Assembly (NCBI GenBank): GCA_037441385.1
Contig: JBBISH010000016.1
Location: 8,700-72,699, forward strand
DNA length: 64,000 nt
Direction: 5' to 3'
DNA from: Myxococcales bacterium
GTDB lineage: Bacteria > Myxococcota_A > UBA9042
In this document: positions 12,209-22,242 of the stretch, piece after piece
Layout of the letters: each line of letters begins with the position of its first letter
Position numbering within the stretch: position 1 is the stretch's first letter
Notes under the pieces: generated by a model
Seen by the model: only the letters and a program-made list of their open reading frames with translations
Databases searched by the model: none
What the model was told of the DNA's origin: nothing
Translations under genes and position numbers: made by a program

Positions 12209-13150
12209 ATGCTCGCGCCACCCCTTCGTATTGCGGCCATCGTGGGGCCCACGGCCGCCGGCAAATCGGCCCTGGCGCTGCGCCTTCACGCGGCCGGGCT
12301 GCCGGTCGAGCTCGTCAACTGCGACGCGCTGCAGGTGTACCGCGGCCTGGACGCGGGGACCGCCAAACCCGATGCGACCGAGCGGGCGCAAGTGCCGATC
12401 CACCTGTTGGATCTGGTCGAGGCGCACGAGGCCATGACTGCCGGTCGCTGGGCCGACCTGGCGCGGCCGCTGTTGGCGGATATCGCCGGGCGTGGGCACC
12501 TGCCGCTGCTGGTGGGCGGCACGGGGCTGTATGTGCGGGCACTCCTGCGCGGCTTGGCGCCGATCCCGCCGGTTGACTCGCAGTTGCGCGCCGATCTGGA
12601 GCAGCGCTACCGCGGCGCCGGCGCCCTGGCCCTGCACGCGGAGCTGGCGGCCCTGGACCCCGAGTACGCTGCCCAGACGCCGGCCGCCAACCGCCAGCGC
12701 GTGTTGCGGGCCTTGGAAGTCGCCCTGGGCACGGGCAAAGCGTTTTCGCAGTGGCACCGCGAACATCAGGCGCAGCCGCCCGCCTACGACTGCTTCTTGG
12801 CCGTGCTGCAGCCGCAGCGGGCCTGGTTGATGGAGCGCATCGACCGCCGCGCCGCCGCGATGGCGGAGCCTTTGCTCGCCGAGGTTGCGCAACTGCTCGC
12901 GACCGGGGTCGACGCCACGGCGCCCGGCATGCAGGCCCTGGGCTACCGCGATGCCGCCCTGGTCGCCACGGGTCAAGCCGACGCGGCAGGATTTGCCCAG
13001 CGCCTGGCCCTGGCCCATCGCCAGTACGCCAAGCGCCAACAGACTTGGTTTGCCGCCGAGTCAGCCGACCTGCGCTTGGACAACGCCCAAGAGGACCCGC
13101 TCGCCGCGCTGCGGCAGGCCGTGGAACTGCACTTCACCACTGCACTTTGA
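12209..13150 (+). CDS. miaA: tRNA dimethylallyltransferase
   Basis: GPTAAGKS, DALQVYRGLDAGTAKP, VGGTGLY, YAKRQQTW; canonical position after mutL. Confidence 0.95.
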   Translation: MLAPPLRIAAIVGPTAAGKSALALRLHAAGLPVELVNCDALQVYRGLDAGTAKPDATERAQVPIHLLDLVEAHEAMTAGRWADLARPLLADIAGRGHLPLLVGGTGLYVRALLRGLAPIPPVDSQLRADLEQRYRGAGALALHAELAALDPEYAAQTPAANRQRVLRALEVALGTGKAFSQWHREHQAQPPAYDCFLAVLQPQRAWLMERIDRRAAAMAEPLLAEVAQLLATGVDATAPGMQALGYRDAALVATGQADAAGFAQRLALAHRQYAKRQQTWFAAESADLRLDNAQEDPLAALRQAVELHFTTAL

Positions 13151-13631
13151 GTAACTGTACTTTGATCCACTGCGCCAGCCGCAGCGGCAGCGCATCGCGG
13201 GCCACCTGGTCCTGCCAGCCCGGCGTACCAAAGAAGTCGACCAGGCGTGCCGCCCAGAACACCGTCAAGATCAACAGCATCGCCCCGCCCAGCCAACGCG
13301 GCGACCGCGGCAGCGACTGTCCGCGCACCCGCCGCAGGATCGCCAGGCCCCACCAGCCCAGCGCCCAGGTCCACCACAGCGGCGCCAGCAGGTTGAAGCC
13401 CAGCGCCGCCCGCCATTCGCCGTGCATCAGCGCCACCGTCGCCCGTGTCAGGCCGCAGCCCGCGCAGGGCACCCCAAAGCTCAAGCGAAAGACGCACAGG
13501 ATCGGCCCTGCCTTGACTTGCGGCAACTCCAGGGCTAGCGCCACGGCCAGCGCCAGGGGAATCGCCCACAGTCCGGGCTGGTCCCTCAGGTCGGTCCACA
13601 GGGCTTGGCGCTGGAAAGGGGCAATGCGCAT
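13134..13631 (-). CDS. DUF2752-like small membrane protein
   Basis: CVFRLSFGVPCAGCGLTRA motif with flanking TM helices. Confidence 0.75.
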   Translation of the reverse strand: MRIAPFQRQALWTDLRDQPGLWAIPLALAVALALELPQVKAGPILCVFRLSFGVPCAGCGLTRATVALMHGEWRAALGFNLLAPLWWTWALGWWGLAILRRVRGQSLPRSPRWLGGAMLLILTVFWAARLVDFFGTPGWQDQVARDALPLRLAQWIKVQLLKVQW

Positions 13632-13815
13632 CGCAACCGAGCATTGTCCGCCAGCCCCGGCCCGCCGTCTACCGGTCGGTGAATGCGTCGGGTCAGGCAT
13701 GCGTATCTGCCTGTGACGGGGGCGGTTCGCTGCCGGTTGCGCCGATCGCCGCGCCGGGCTACCCTGCTGCCGACGAACCAGGCTGCTCGCCAGCCGCTCG
13801 CCTTTGGAGTCTGCC

Positions 13816-14643
13816 ATGCGCCGGATGTTCCCTCAATTCGCCATGATGTTCGCGATGGCGGCCGCTGTTGGCTCTGCCGTTGCCCCCGTCGCGCCTGCCT
13901 TTGCCGAAGCGCCCGATGCGCCCAAGACCGACGAGCCGGCCGACCGCGCCGCCGAGCGCCTGAACGAAGAGGGCAAGAAGCTGGTGGTCTCTGGCAAGTA
14001 CGAGGAAGCGCTAGAGAAGTTCCGTGCGTCGCTCAAGCTTTTCCCGCTCTCCAACGCGATCTTCAACGTCGGCTCGATGCTCTACACGCTCAAGCAGTAC
14101 GAAGAGGCGTTCCCCTACCTGGACTACACGCTGCGCGCCCCACTGGACCCGCGCCAGCGCGAGATCGTGCTGCAATACCGCGAAAACGTGATCACCCAGC
14201 TCAAGGGCACCCACGCGGTCATCCAGGTCGAGTCCAGCCCCCCGGGTGCCCAGGTGGCCCTCAACAACAAGCCGCTCCCCTTCGAAACGCCTATGAAAGT
14301 GCTGGTGCCGTTTGGCGCCGCAGATGTCACGGTGACGCTGCCCGGCTTCAAGGCCACCACCAAGGTGGTCACGAGCAGCCGCGCCGATCCGCCCAAAGAC
14401 GTGCGGGTGCGCCTAGAGCGCGACGATCCCGACGCCGCCGTCACCGTGTTTTGCCCGCCCGGTGCCGACGTGTTCATCGACGGACAAATGGTGGGCGTCG
14501 AGCAGGTCCGCACGCGGCTCCTGGTTGGCGCGCACATGGTCCGGTGTGGCAAAACGTCCAAAAACAAGGCGTTCGAACGTGAGATCCAGGTGCGCCCTGC
14601 GCCGCAAGCCAACGCCTTCGAATTCAGCACGGTCAAGCAATAG
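13816..14643 (+). CDS. Secreted TPR + PEGA domain protein
   Basis: Signal peptide; TPR pair (GKYEEALEKF..., QYEEAFPYL); PEGA-like VESSPPGAQVAL and PPGADVFIDG. Confidence 0.8.
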   Translation: MRRMFPQFAMMFAMAAAVGSAVAPVAPAFAEAPDAPKTDEPADRAAERLNEEGKKLVVSGKYEEALEKFRASLKLFPLSNAIFNVGSMLYTLKQYEEAFPYLDYTLRAPLDPRQREIVLQYRENVITQLKGTHAVIQVESSPPGAQVALNNKPLPFETPMKVLVPFGAADVTVTLPGFKATTKVVTSSRADPPKDVRVRLERDDPDAAVTVFCPPGADVFIDGQMVGVEQVRTRLLVGAHMVRCGKTSKNKAFEREIQVRPAPQANAFEFSTVKQ

Positions 14644-14673
14644 TCCATTGCCCCGTCCAAAGTAGCCAACCTC

Positions 14674-15753
14674 ATGAATCCCTCTGTTGCCCCCGGCTTC
14701 TCCTTCCGCAGTGGGGGTGACGCGCTCGGTCTATGCCGCGTCATCGAACCCCTTGGAATGCTTCCCCAAGCTGCTGAGCGCGTCGACAATCAACTGCCGC
14801 CCTACGCCAGCGAGGTCTGGCTCGATGTCGAGACCCTGAACATCGACGCGGCTTCGTTCGTGCAGCTCGAGGCCACTGAAAAGGCGGGCGGCCCGCCGGT
14901 GGCTCAACAGATCCTTGATATTATTGCGGTTCGCGGCAAGATGCAGAACCCGGTCACGGGCTCGGGCGGCATGCTGCTGGGCCGCATCAAGGCGCTGGGT
15001 CCCGACTACACCGGCCCGCTGCAGGGCGCCCCCGTGGGTACCCGTGTCGCCACCCTGGTCTCGCTCACGCTGACGCCGCTCCATATCGACCGCATCGTCG
15101 AGTTGCGGCCGCAGGCCCATCAGGTCGTCGTTCAGGGGCGCGCGCACCTGCCGTCGTCGGCGCCCATCGCGGTGCTGCCAAATGATTTTCCCGACGCCCT
15201 GGCGCTGTCGATCCTGGACGTGGCGGGCGCGCCCGCGCTGGTCGACCGCTGGGCCAAGCACCTGCCCCACGGGGGCTCGCTGCTGGTCATCGGCGCCGGC
15301 AAGGCGGGCATCCTGTCGCTGGCGGCTGCTCGCCAGGCCCGTCCCGACCTGAAACTGTTCGCGATTGACTACCACCAGGCCTCGGTCGACGCCGTGTTGG
15401 CTGCCGGGCTGTGCGACGACGGCCTGGCCCTGGACGCCAGCCGCGCCATCGACGTGCGGGCCGCCGCGCAGCAGTGGACTGCGGGCCAGGGCATGGACGC
15501 GGTGGTCAACATGGCCAGCCTGCCCGGCACCGAGATGGCCACCATCCTGGCCGCCAAGTCGCGCGCCTTGTGCTTGTTCTTTGGCATGGCGACGTCGTTC
15601 ACCCGGGTCGCGCTGGGCGCCGAGGGCGTGGGCGCCGACGTCGACCTCCTCATCGGCAACGGCTACGCCATCGGCCACGCGGACTTCGCGCTGGATCTGG
15701 TGCGGTCGATGCCGGCGGTCCGCGAGTTGCTGGTGCGGCGGTTTGCGGCCTAA
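14674..15753 (+). CDS. kdd: L-erythro-3,5-diaminohexanoate dehydrogenase
   Basis: RVIEP.GMLPQAA, DVETLNIDAASF, RGKMQNPVTGSGGMLLG, ATLVSLTLTPL, LGAEGVGADVDLLIGNGY match the Kdd family as I recall it. Confidence 0.85.
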   Translation: MNPSVAPGFSFRSGGDALGLCRVIEPLGMLPQAAERVDNQLPPYASEVWLDVETLNIDAASFVQLEATEKAGGPPVAQQILDIIAVRGKMQNPVTGSGGMLLGRIKALGPDYTGPLQGAPVGTRVATLVSLTLTPLHIDRIVELRPQAHQVVVQGRAHLPSSAPIAVLPNDFPDALALSILDVAGAPALVDRWAKHLPHGGSLLVIGAGKAGILSLAAARQARPDLKLFAIDYHQASVDAVLAAGLCDDGLALDASRAIDVRAAAQQWTAGQGMDAVVNMASLPGTEMATILAAKSRALCLFFGMATSFTRVALGAEGVGADVDLLIGNGYAIGHADFALDLVRSMPAVRELLVRRFAA

Positions 15754-15770
15754 GTTTGCACATTTGCCCT

Positions 15771-15810
15771 AAAAAACGTCGAAGCCGACGACCGCAAGGC
15801 CGCCGGCTTC
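15771..15810 (-). terminator. Rho-independent terminator downstream of the OmpA gene
   Basis: Minus strand reads GAAGCCGGCGGCC-TTGC-GGTCGTCGGCTTC (with G-U pairs), then GACG and TTTTTT; lies between convergent genes. Confidence 0.75.
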
Positions 15811-15833
15811 TTCGTCTTGGGTCTGGGGAGCGC

Positions 15834-17015
15834 CTACTTTTCGGGCGGCAGGAAGTTGAACTCGACGCGGCGGTTCTTCTCCCACGCGGCTTCGGTGTGA
15901 CCTGGGTCCAGCGGCCGTTCTTCGCCAAAGCCGATCGGAATCAGGCGGCTGCGGGCAATTCCGCGACCGACCAGCGCCGCTACCACGCTCTCGGCGCGGG
16001 CCTGGCTCAGCTTCTTGTTCTTCTTGTCCGGACCGCGCTCGTCGGTGTGGCCTTCGACCTGCACCTTGACCTCTGTCTTCTCTTTCAGGGCCTGGGCGCA
16101 CTCGTTCAGGATGTCTTCGGACAACTGCCCGACGATCTTGGCCGAGTTGGTGGCGAACTGGATCTGCTTCTTGAACACGATGCGATCCGACTCGACCACG
16201 ATGTTCTTGAATTCAGGCGGCGGCGGCGGCGCTTCGGGCAGCTTGTCCGGGCAGCCGTCGGTGTCGTCCAGGCCGTTGAACACTTCGGGTTCGTTGGGGC
16301 AATTGTCCACCTTGGTGGGGAAGTCGTTCAGGCCGTCGCCGTCGTTGTCGCAGTCGGGGCAGCCGTCGGCGTCGTCAAAGTTGTCGCGATCTTCGGCCAC
16401 GTTGGGGCACTTGTCCTTCTTGTCCGGCACGCCGTCGGCGTCGTTGTCGTCTTCGGGGCAGCCGTCCTCGTCCAGGTAGCCGTCCTTGTCCTCGGCCTGA
16501 TCGGGGCAGCGATCGAACTGATCGTGAATGCCGTCGCCGTCGCGGTCGTACTCGGGGCAGCCGTCGTCGTCTTGATCGTTGTCAAAATCCTCGGGATCGT
16601 CCGGGCACTTGTCCTCGGCGTTGCAGATCTTGTCGCCGTCGTTGTCCGCGCAGCAGCCCTTTTGGCCCTTGACCGCCATCACTTTTTCGGTGTGGGCCTT
16701 GGCCTGCTCCAGGTGATAGGCGGCGTTGATCGAGTCGCCACGCTCACTTTCGTAGCGGGCGTAGTCTAGATTGGCCTCGGCCAGCGCCAGATCGCGCGGC
16801 GCGCAGTAGTAGGCCGGCTCGCGCACGGATCGCACCTGCTCGGCCAGCTCGGTGGTCTGCTTGTCCACATCGGCGCTGGTCACACAGGCCGGCGCCGCCA
16901 GCGCTGCCAGCACGGTCGCTAGCCAAGCGGTCCGTGTCGCCAGCGGGCGATGGGGCGGCGTGGCCTGGCGGCGGCAGGCTTGCTGGTCGAATTGGGCTCG
17001 CGGCATCCAGGCCAT
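15834..17015 (-). CDS. OmpA-family lipoprotein with thrombospondin type-3-like repeats
   Basis: Lipobox-like LAAPAC; repeated D.DGDG..D..DKCP..PED.D...D.DGCP; C-terminal VQVEGHTD, LSQARAESV, NRRVEF. Confidence 0.92.
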   Translation of the reverse strand: MAWMPRAQFDQQACRRQATPPHRPLATRTAWLATVLAALAAPACVTSADVDKQTTELAEQVRSVREPAYYCAPRDLALAEANLDYARYESERGDSINAAYHLEQAKAHTEKVMAVKGQKGCCADNDGDKICNAEDKCPDDPEDFDNDQDDDGCPEYDRDGDGIHDQFDRCPDQAEDKDGYLDEDGCPEDDNDADGVPDKKDKCPNVAEDRDNFDDADGCPDCDNDGDGLNDFPTKVDNCPNEPEVFNGLDDTDGCPDKLPEAPPPPPEFKNIVVESDRIVFKKQIQFATNSAKIVGQLSEDILNECAQALKEKTEVKVQVEGHTDERGPDKKNKKLSQARAESVVAALVGRGIARSRLIPIGFGEERPLDPGHTEAAWEKNRRVEFNFLPPEK

Positions 17016-17072
17016 TGCGTCCTCGTTGGCGGTCGCGCTTGTTGGCGGTCGCGGTTTGCGCGTGGGAGCGAC

Positions 17073-17513
17073 CTACTTGTCCTCGGCTGGCACGCTGGGG
17101 GCCTTCTCGCGCTCCCCATTCTTGGGCGCGAATTTCTCGCGGCGGCTGGCTTGGTCGCGGCCCTGGCGGGCCATTTCCAGGGCCTTCTCGCTTGCCCCCT
17201 GGCTGGTCCGCGCGTACTCGGTGGCCACTTGGAATTGGCCCATGCCGTTGCACTCTTTGGCTTTGGCCAGGTACGACTCGGCGCGGGTGTAGTAGTACAC
17301 CGCGTATTCGGGCGCCTTTTGCGCTTCGGTCTCGCGCAGGTCGCGGGTCGCGTCCGAAATGGCCGACGATGCCGAGACGGACCCACAGCCCACGGCGACC
17401 AAAGCCAACGCGACGGAGCCCAGGGCTGCGATCCACCGGCCGCGCCGGTGGCTGCGACCGGTGCCGCATCGAGTGTCGCGGCAATTTGCGCAAGCTTCTG
17501 TATTTGCGAGCAT
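17073..17513 (-). CDS. Small lipoprotein (DUF4398-like), partner of the OmpA gene
   Basis: ALALVAVGC lipobox; APEYAVYYYTRAESYLAKAKE helical motif; directly upstream of OmpA; start uncertain. Confidence 0.65.
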   Translation of the reverse strand: MLANTEACANCRDTRCGTGRSHRRGRWIAALGSVALALVAVGCGSVSASSAISDATRDLRETEAQKAPEYAVYYYTRAESYLAKAKECNGMGQFQVATEYARTSQGASEKALEMARQGRDQASRREKFAPKNGEREKAPSVPAEDK

Positions 17514-17775
17514 CTCTGGCCTCTCCCACCTGCGGGCGCTCACCGGGTCCACGCCTGCCAAGCCCAAGCTGTGCTCCGGGCCGGTGCCGTCTACTGTCGC
17601 GCTCGCCCGCAACCCTGTCAAGCCGCAGACCCTGCGCAGCGAGGCACACTTGTGCCGGGGCCGGGTTCGCGCCAAGATGCACCGTCGCGGCGCGGTGGGG
17701 CGCGGCGGCTCCTTGGGGTTCTGCACGGGATCCCCTGTCGGTTGCAGCGGCATGAAGACAGCGAATTGGAAAGCA

Positions 17776-18399
17776 ATGTCAGGCGCGTACCCAGGTTTTG
17801 GCCTGGTGCGACGCGTGGCTGTTGTGCTGGTGTGCGCGGCTGCGTTTGGGGCGGGCTGTAGCCGTGTCTCGGCCGACCGCGCCCAAAACCAGGTGCTGGC
17901 CCAAGCCGCCAAGGCCATCGAGCGCTATTCCACTGCGTCCGAAGACGCCAACACGGCCCACAAGAAGGTCATGGAGGCCTTTGCCAAGGCCAACGCCGCC
18001 ACGACGCTGGCCGAGTACCAAGAACGGCTGCGCAACGACGTCATTCCTGCCCTGAACACGTTTGTGGGCGTGCTGCGGGCCATGCCCACCGAGACGCCCG
18101 AGCTCAAGGCCATCCACGCCCGGTTGGTCGAGGCCTACAACAAGGCCAGCAACCGCATCCGCGACTTTGAGCAAAAGCTGCAGGATCCTCGGGGACTTTC
18201 GGAGTTCGACGCCATTCGCAAGGAATTGCAGGACGCGGTGGCTGCCTACAAGAACGAGCTGAACCAGTACTACGCCAAGAACAAGCGGCAGTTGCGGTTC
18301 GAGGGCCGGGTCGGCGGCGTGCCGGAGTCGGCCGCCCCCGCGGCGCCCGCGACCCCAGCCAGCGCCGCCGCTTCGGCAAGCGCAACGTCCGCGCCGTAA
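17776..18399 (+). CDS. Helical lipoprotein, unknown function
   Basis: AFGAGC lipobox, amphipathic helices, high GC3 codon bias. Confidence 0.7.
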   Translation: MSGAYPGFGLVRRVAVVLVCAAAFGAGCSRVSADRAQNQVLAQAAKAIERYSTASEDANTAHKKVMEAFAKANAATTLAEYQERLRNDVIPALNTFVGVLRAMPTETPELKAIHARLVEAYNKASNRIRDFEQKLQDPRGLSEFDAIRKELQDAVAAYKNELNQYYAKNKRQLRFEGRVGGVPESAAPAAPATPASAAASASATSAP

Positions 18400-18427
18400 C
18401 GGCCCAAGGTGCCATGGCGAGCCGGGG

Positions 18428-19375
18428 TTGGTGTCGCCGCCGCCAAAGAGGAACGAAGCCGCCTTGTCTGCACCTTCCCGTAGCTTGTCTCCTTTGGTGG
18501 CCTTGCGCGCCATGCGGCCGCACCAATGGGTCAAGAATGCCTTTGTGCTGATCCCCGCGGTTTTCGCCGGGCCCGATCTGCTCGCCACGGGGCAGGTGAC
18601 GTCGCTGCTCGCGGTGCAGGTGGTGCTGGCCGCCATCGCCTTCAGCCTGGCTTCCAGCGCGACCTACTTACTGAACGATATTCATGATGTCGAGGCGGAT
18701 CGCCGCCACCCGGTCAAGTGCAAACGTCCCATCGCGTCCGGCGAATTGCCGGTACGCACGGCTTGGGTGCTGTTCGGCGTCTTGCTCGCCACCGCGCTGG
18801 GAATGGGGACGTGGGTCCGGCCGAGCGTCGCCGGCATCGTCTTGGGCTATTTTGCCGTGAACGTGGCCTATTCCAAGGGCTTGAAGCGGCTGGCATATGT
18901 GGACGCCGCGATCATCGCGCTGGGCTTCTTGCTGCGCCTGTTGGCCGGCGGCGAGGCGGCGCAAGTGCACCTATCGCGTTGGCTGGTCTCGTGCACCGTG
19001 CTGCTGGCCTTGTTCTTGGCGCTGGGCAAGCGGAAACACGAGGTGCTGACCACTTCGGTGGGACACCGCAAGTCGCTCGAGCGCTATCGGGTCGAGCACC
19101 TCAACTTTGCGCTGGGCGTGTTGGCTGCGGCTACCGCTGGCGCCTACTTGGTGTACACATTGGACCCGGCCACCCGCGCGCGCTTCCACACCGAAAGTCT
19201 GCCGCTGACCACGCCGTTCGGCGTGTTTGGCCTGTTGCGCTTCTACCAGCTGAGCGACGACGCCAAGGTCGCCACCAGCCCCACGGACCGGATGCTCCGC
19301 GACCCCGCCTTTGTGATCAACGCCGTGGTGGGGGCCGCCGTGATTGTGGCGATGATCTACCGAGTCGCGGCGTGA
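18428..19375 (+). CDS. UbiA-family prenyltransferase (decaprenyl-phosphate phosphoribosyltransferase-like)
   Basis: MRPHQWVKN, YLLNDIHDVEADRRHPVKCKRPIASG, LFLALGKR; start may be 18464 or 18512. Confidence 0.9.
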   Translation: MVSPPPKRNEAALSAPSRSLSPLVALRAMRPHQWVKNAFVLIPAVFAGPDLLATGQVTSLLAVQVVLAAIAFSLASSATYLLNDIHDVEADRRHPVKCKRPIASGELPVRTAWVLFGVLLATALGMGTWVRPSVAGIVLGYFAVNVAYSKGLKRLAYVDAAIIALGFLLRLLAGGEAAQVHLSRWLVSCTVLLALFLALGKRKHEVLTTSVGHRKSLERYRVEHLNFALGVLAAATAGAYLVYTLDPATRARFHTESLPLTTPFGVFGLLRFYQLSDDAKVATSPTDRMLRDPAFVINAVVGAAVIVAMIYRVAA

Positions 19376-19818
19376 CGCGGGCGCGCCTGACCGCAGCGCT
19401 GCTGGCGCTGACCGTGGGCTGTGGGGCGGCCGATGGCCAGCGCAGTCCGCCCAATCCGCAAGCGGACCGGCTGCTGGCTGATCTGCGCGCCGCCAGCGAC
19501 AAGCCGATCGTCGCCCGCTGGAACCCCGCCCCTTGCGCCTGCCCGCCTTTTGAGGTGCTGGTCGGCGCGACCTGGGTGCGCGCCGAGTTTCTGGCTACCG
19601 ATGTCGAAGCGCTCCTGGGCTGGCAAGCGTTCTTGGCGGCCACGCCAACCGAGGCGCTGCCGGTGCCCCTGCAGATCGAGGGGCGGATCGAGCGGCAGAT
19701 CCTGCGCACCAGCACCGGCGCCTACGCGGTCCGCGTCGAGGTGTCCTCTGTGCTCGGGCCCAAGCCCGCCGAGGCGGTCCCAGCCAGCGCGGTCAACCCT
19801 GCGCCCGCCCCACCTTGA
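19372..19818 (+). CDS. Hypothetical lipoprotein
   Basis: GTG overlaps the upstream stop (GTGA); LLALTVGC lipobox; CACPPFEV motif. Confidence 0.6.
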   Translation: MTRARLTAALLALTVGCGAADGQRSPPNPQADRLLADLRAASDKPIVARWNPAPCACPPFEVLVGATWVRAEFLATDVEALLGWQAFLAATPTEALPVPLQIEGRIERQILRTSTGAYAVRVEVSSVLGPKPAEAVPASAVNPAPAPP

Positions 19819-19903
19819 GGCGAGCGGGCCGGGGCGGCGCGGTGCCCGGTAAAAAAGTGGACGCGGCCGCCGGTGCGCGCCATGATCCAGGGCGGAGGTT
19901 CGT

Positions 19904-20728
19904 ATGTCTGCACCCTTGGCGTTCTTTTCCCGACTTGCCCCCACTTGGACTCGCGCTGGCGTGCCGCTGGCCGCGCTGGCGCTACTGGGTGGCACAGCGG
20001 CCACTGCCGTAGAGGATGCCAAGCCCAAGGGCGTGGAACTGCAGGTGTTCTTGGGCGACAAGCCGGTGGGCACCGAAGTGTTTCGCAGCAGCAAGGGCAG
20101 CGAGGCGCACTTCTTCTCGACCGAGGCCCAGCTGCAGGACAAGGTCGGCAAGGCGGCTTGGAAGGCTTTCAAGCAACGGGCCGCGTTGCAGACCGGCACG
20201 GACGGCGTTCTGCAGCAGTACGATCGCTGGATCGACGTCACGGGCGCGACCCAGCAAAGCAAGCTTTTCAATTTCCAGGGCAAGTGGCGGATTTCGGTGG
20301 TCGACGCGGCCTTCGAGGGCAAGAAGCCCAAACCCAAGGTCACCGACGTCAAGGCCGGCAACCCCACGGTGGTCTTTGACGAGCGCCTGCCGTCGCTGGT
20401 GGTCCTGGCTGCCGAGCGCGCCGAAGGCAAGGGCGAGGTCGAGTTCGTGCGCGTCGACGACGCGAGCTCGGGCAAAGTCCACGTAGCCACGGAGCATTTG
20501 AGCGACGCCAAGGGCGGCAAATTCACCCGCACCACGCTCAAGGGCGACAAGGTCGACGCCTGGGTCCTGCGCGACGGCAGCGGCGCCGTGGTCGCGATCA
20601 AGGGCATGGACAATTGGCGCGCGGTCGCCAAGGGCGCCAAGGTACCCGCCGATGGCAGCCTGAAGCCGGCCGAAGCCCCGGCCAAGGCCGCACCGTTGCC
20701 CGCAGCCAGCACGCCCGCCAGTCGTTGA
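19904..20728 (+). CDS. Secreted hypothetical beta-rich protein
   Basis: GGAGG RBS, signal peptide, alternating beta-strand pattern, strong codon bias. Confidence 0.75.
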   Translation: MSAPLAFFSRLAPTWTRAGVPLAALALLGGTAATAVEDAKPKGVELQVFLGDKPVGTEVFRSSKGSEAHFFSTEAQLQDKVGKAAWKAFKQRAALQTGTDGVLQQYDRWIDVTGATQQSKLFNFQGKWRISVVDAAFEGKKPKPKVTDVKAGNPTVVFDERLPSLVVLAAERAEGKGEVEFVRVDDASSGKVHVATEHLSDAKGGKFTRTTLKGDKVDAWVLRDGSGAVVAIKGMDNWRAVAKGAKVPADGSLKPAEAPAKAAPLPAASTPASR

Positions 20729-20780
20729 GTCTCGCGCGCATTCTGGGCATACTCTGCGGCCATCGCGCCGGAGTCTTGCC

Positions 20781-21269
20781 ATGCCCACGCTGTCTGCCCC
20801 TCGTTCCCTGTCGCGCACTTGCGCTCTGGTCCTGCTGACTCTTGCTGGCACGGCCTGCGGCGCCAGCGTGCAGTTCGAGCGGAGTGCCGGCGTGCCCAAG
20901 TACAAGGCCCTGCCGGCCAAGACCGCCGTGCAAGTGGTCGAAAGTGCCGACACGCTGCCGCAACCGGTGGTGGTGGTGGGCAACCTGCACACTGCGTCGC
21001 CCAAAGGCGAGGCCGATCGCGCCGAAGTCACCGCTGGGATGCAAAAAGAGGCCTTCCGCTTTGGCTGTGACGCGGTCGTGGGCCTGAAGCTAGAAGATCA
21101 TGTCGAACGGTCGATGAAGTGGGTCGACAAGCCGGGGCCGGCGGGCAAGTCGGTCCGTCAGCAAGAGCCGGTCGAGAAGCACACCTGGAATTGGAGTGCT
21201 CAGTGTGTCCGGTCGGCCCAGCAACCGGCTACGCTGCCGGCGGCGCCTGGCAAGTCTTCTGGCAAATAG
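20781..21269 (+). CDS. Hypothetical lipoprotein
   Basis: GGAG RBS, LAGTAC lipobox, EAFRFGCDAVV motif. Confidence 0.7.
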   Translation: MPTLSAPRSLSRTCALVLLTLAGTACGASVQFERSAGVPKYKALPAKTAVQVVESADTLPQPVVVVGNLHTASPKGEADRAEVTAGMQKEAFRFGCDAVVGLKLEDHVERSMKWVDKPGPAGKSVRQQEPVEKHTWNWSAQCVRSAQQPATLPAAPGKSSGK

Positions 21270-21306
21270 CCTAGTTTGGAGCGCGGGCTCTCAGCCCAAG
21301 GCGGCA

Positions 21307-22242
21307 CTACAGCGGTGGGCAGAACTTGTCGTCGCAGCCGGGGCCCGTCTTGGTGCTCTCGTCTTTGGCACACACGGCGCAGTAGTAGCCACAGGGCAGC
21401 ACATCGTAGTTGCCGGGCGCGCACGGTGGCTGGAATTCCTTGGGCAACGCCATCGTCGAGCACTGCCGCCACTGATCGGCCGGATCCACATTGGGATTGC
21501 CCGGCACCGACAAGAGGCAGCCCCAGCACACGTCCAAGGGGTACTCCATAGTGCCCGAGACCACGTTGTTGCCGCCGGCGGTCTTGCCCTGCAGCTGGAA
21601 CTTCAGCACCACTCGCTCGATGGTGCGGGCGCGGTCGGTGAACTGAGAGAACCGTTGCTGCCACTCGGCGCCCACCGGCTTGCCCGGCGCCGCAAAATCG
21701 GGCACCAGATTCATCCCGATCAAGGCTTTGCTGTTGGCCGGGATGAAGGCCTGCACGGGCAGGTCCCACTGGGCCAGGTTCTGACCGGTGATGGTCTTGT
21801 TGACCTTGACCGTGCTGCTCGGCAGCGAGAACGGCGACGTGGCCTTGGTCGACGGCGAACGCACCATAGTCACGTTCACGTTGGTGATGTTGACCGAGTT
21901 AGGATCCAGACGCAGCGAACTGGGCCCCGAGCCGTTGATCAGCTGCAGCGACGGCAGGTTGTTCTTGACCGACCCGACGAACTTGAACTCGCGCGACAGC
22001 GCCACATCCATCACGCCGTCCAGATAGAAGTTCTGACCGCCGGTGTACGAGCACTGCAAGATGCCGTTGACCACCGTGGCTTGCGGCACCACGTTGCCTT
22101 CGACCGCCAACGCCGTGTTGTTGTAGGAGTCGCAGCCGGCTGCCAACGCGGCCAGTCCCAGGCCCGCGACACCGATGCAGACACGGCGCACCGGCAGCTG
22201 GCGGGTCGCTCCACTAAGCAATCCGTCGAAATTAATCTGCAT
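21307..22242 (-). CDS. Lipoprotein with Cys-rich C-terminus, last gene of the pil-aroKB run
   Basis: GAGGAGG RBS, LAAGC lipobox, start overlaps the aroKB stop; C-terminal VCWGCL...CAPG...CGYYCAVC...C...C. Confidence 0.75.
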   Translation of the reverse strand: MQINFDGLLSGATRQLPVRRVCIGVAGLGLAALAAGCDSYNNTALAVEGNVVPQATVVNGILQCSYTGGQNFYLDGVMDVALSREFKFVGSVKNNLPSLQLINGSGPSSLRLDPNSVNITNVNVTMVRSPSTKATSPFSLPSSTVKVNKTITGQNLAQWDLPVQAFIPANSKALIGMNLVPDFAAPGKPVGAEWQQRFSQFTDRARTIERVVLKFQLQGKTAGGNNVVSGTMEYPLDVCWGCLLSVPGNPNVDPADQWRQCSTMALPKEFQPPCAPGNYDVLPCGYYCAVCAKDESTKTGPGCDDKFCPPL

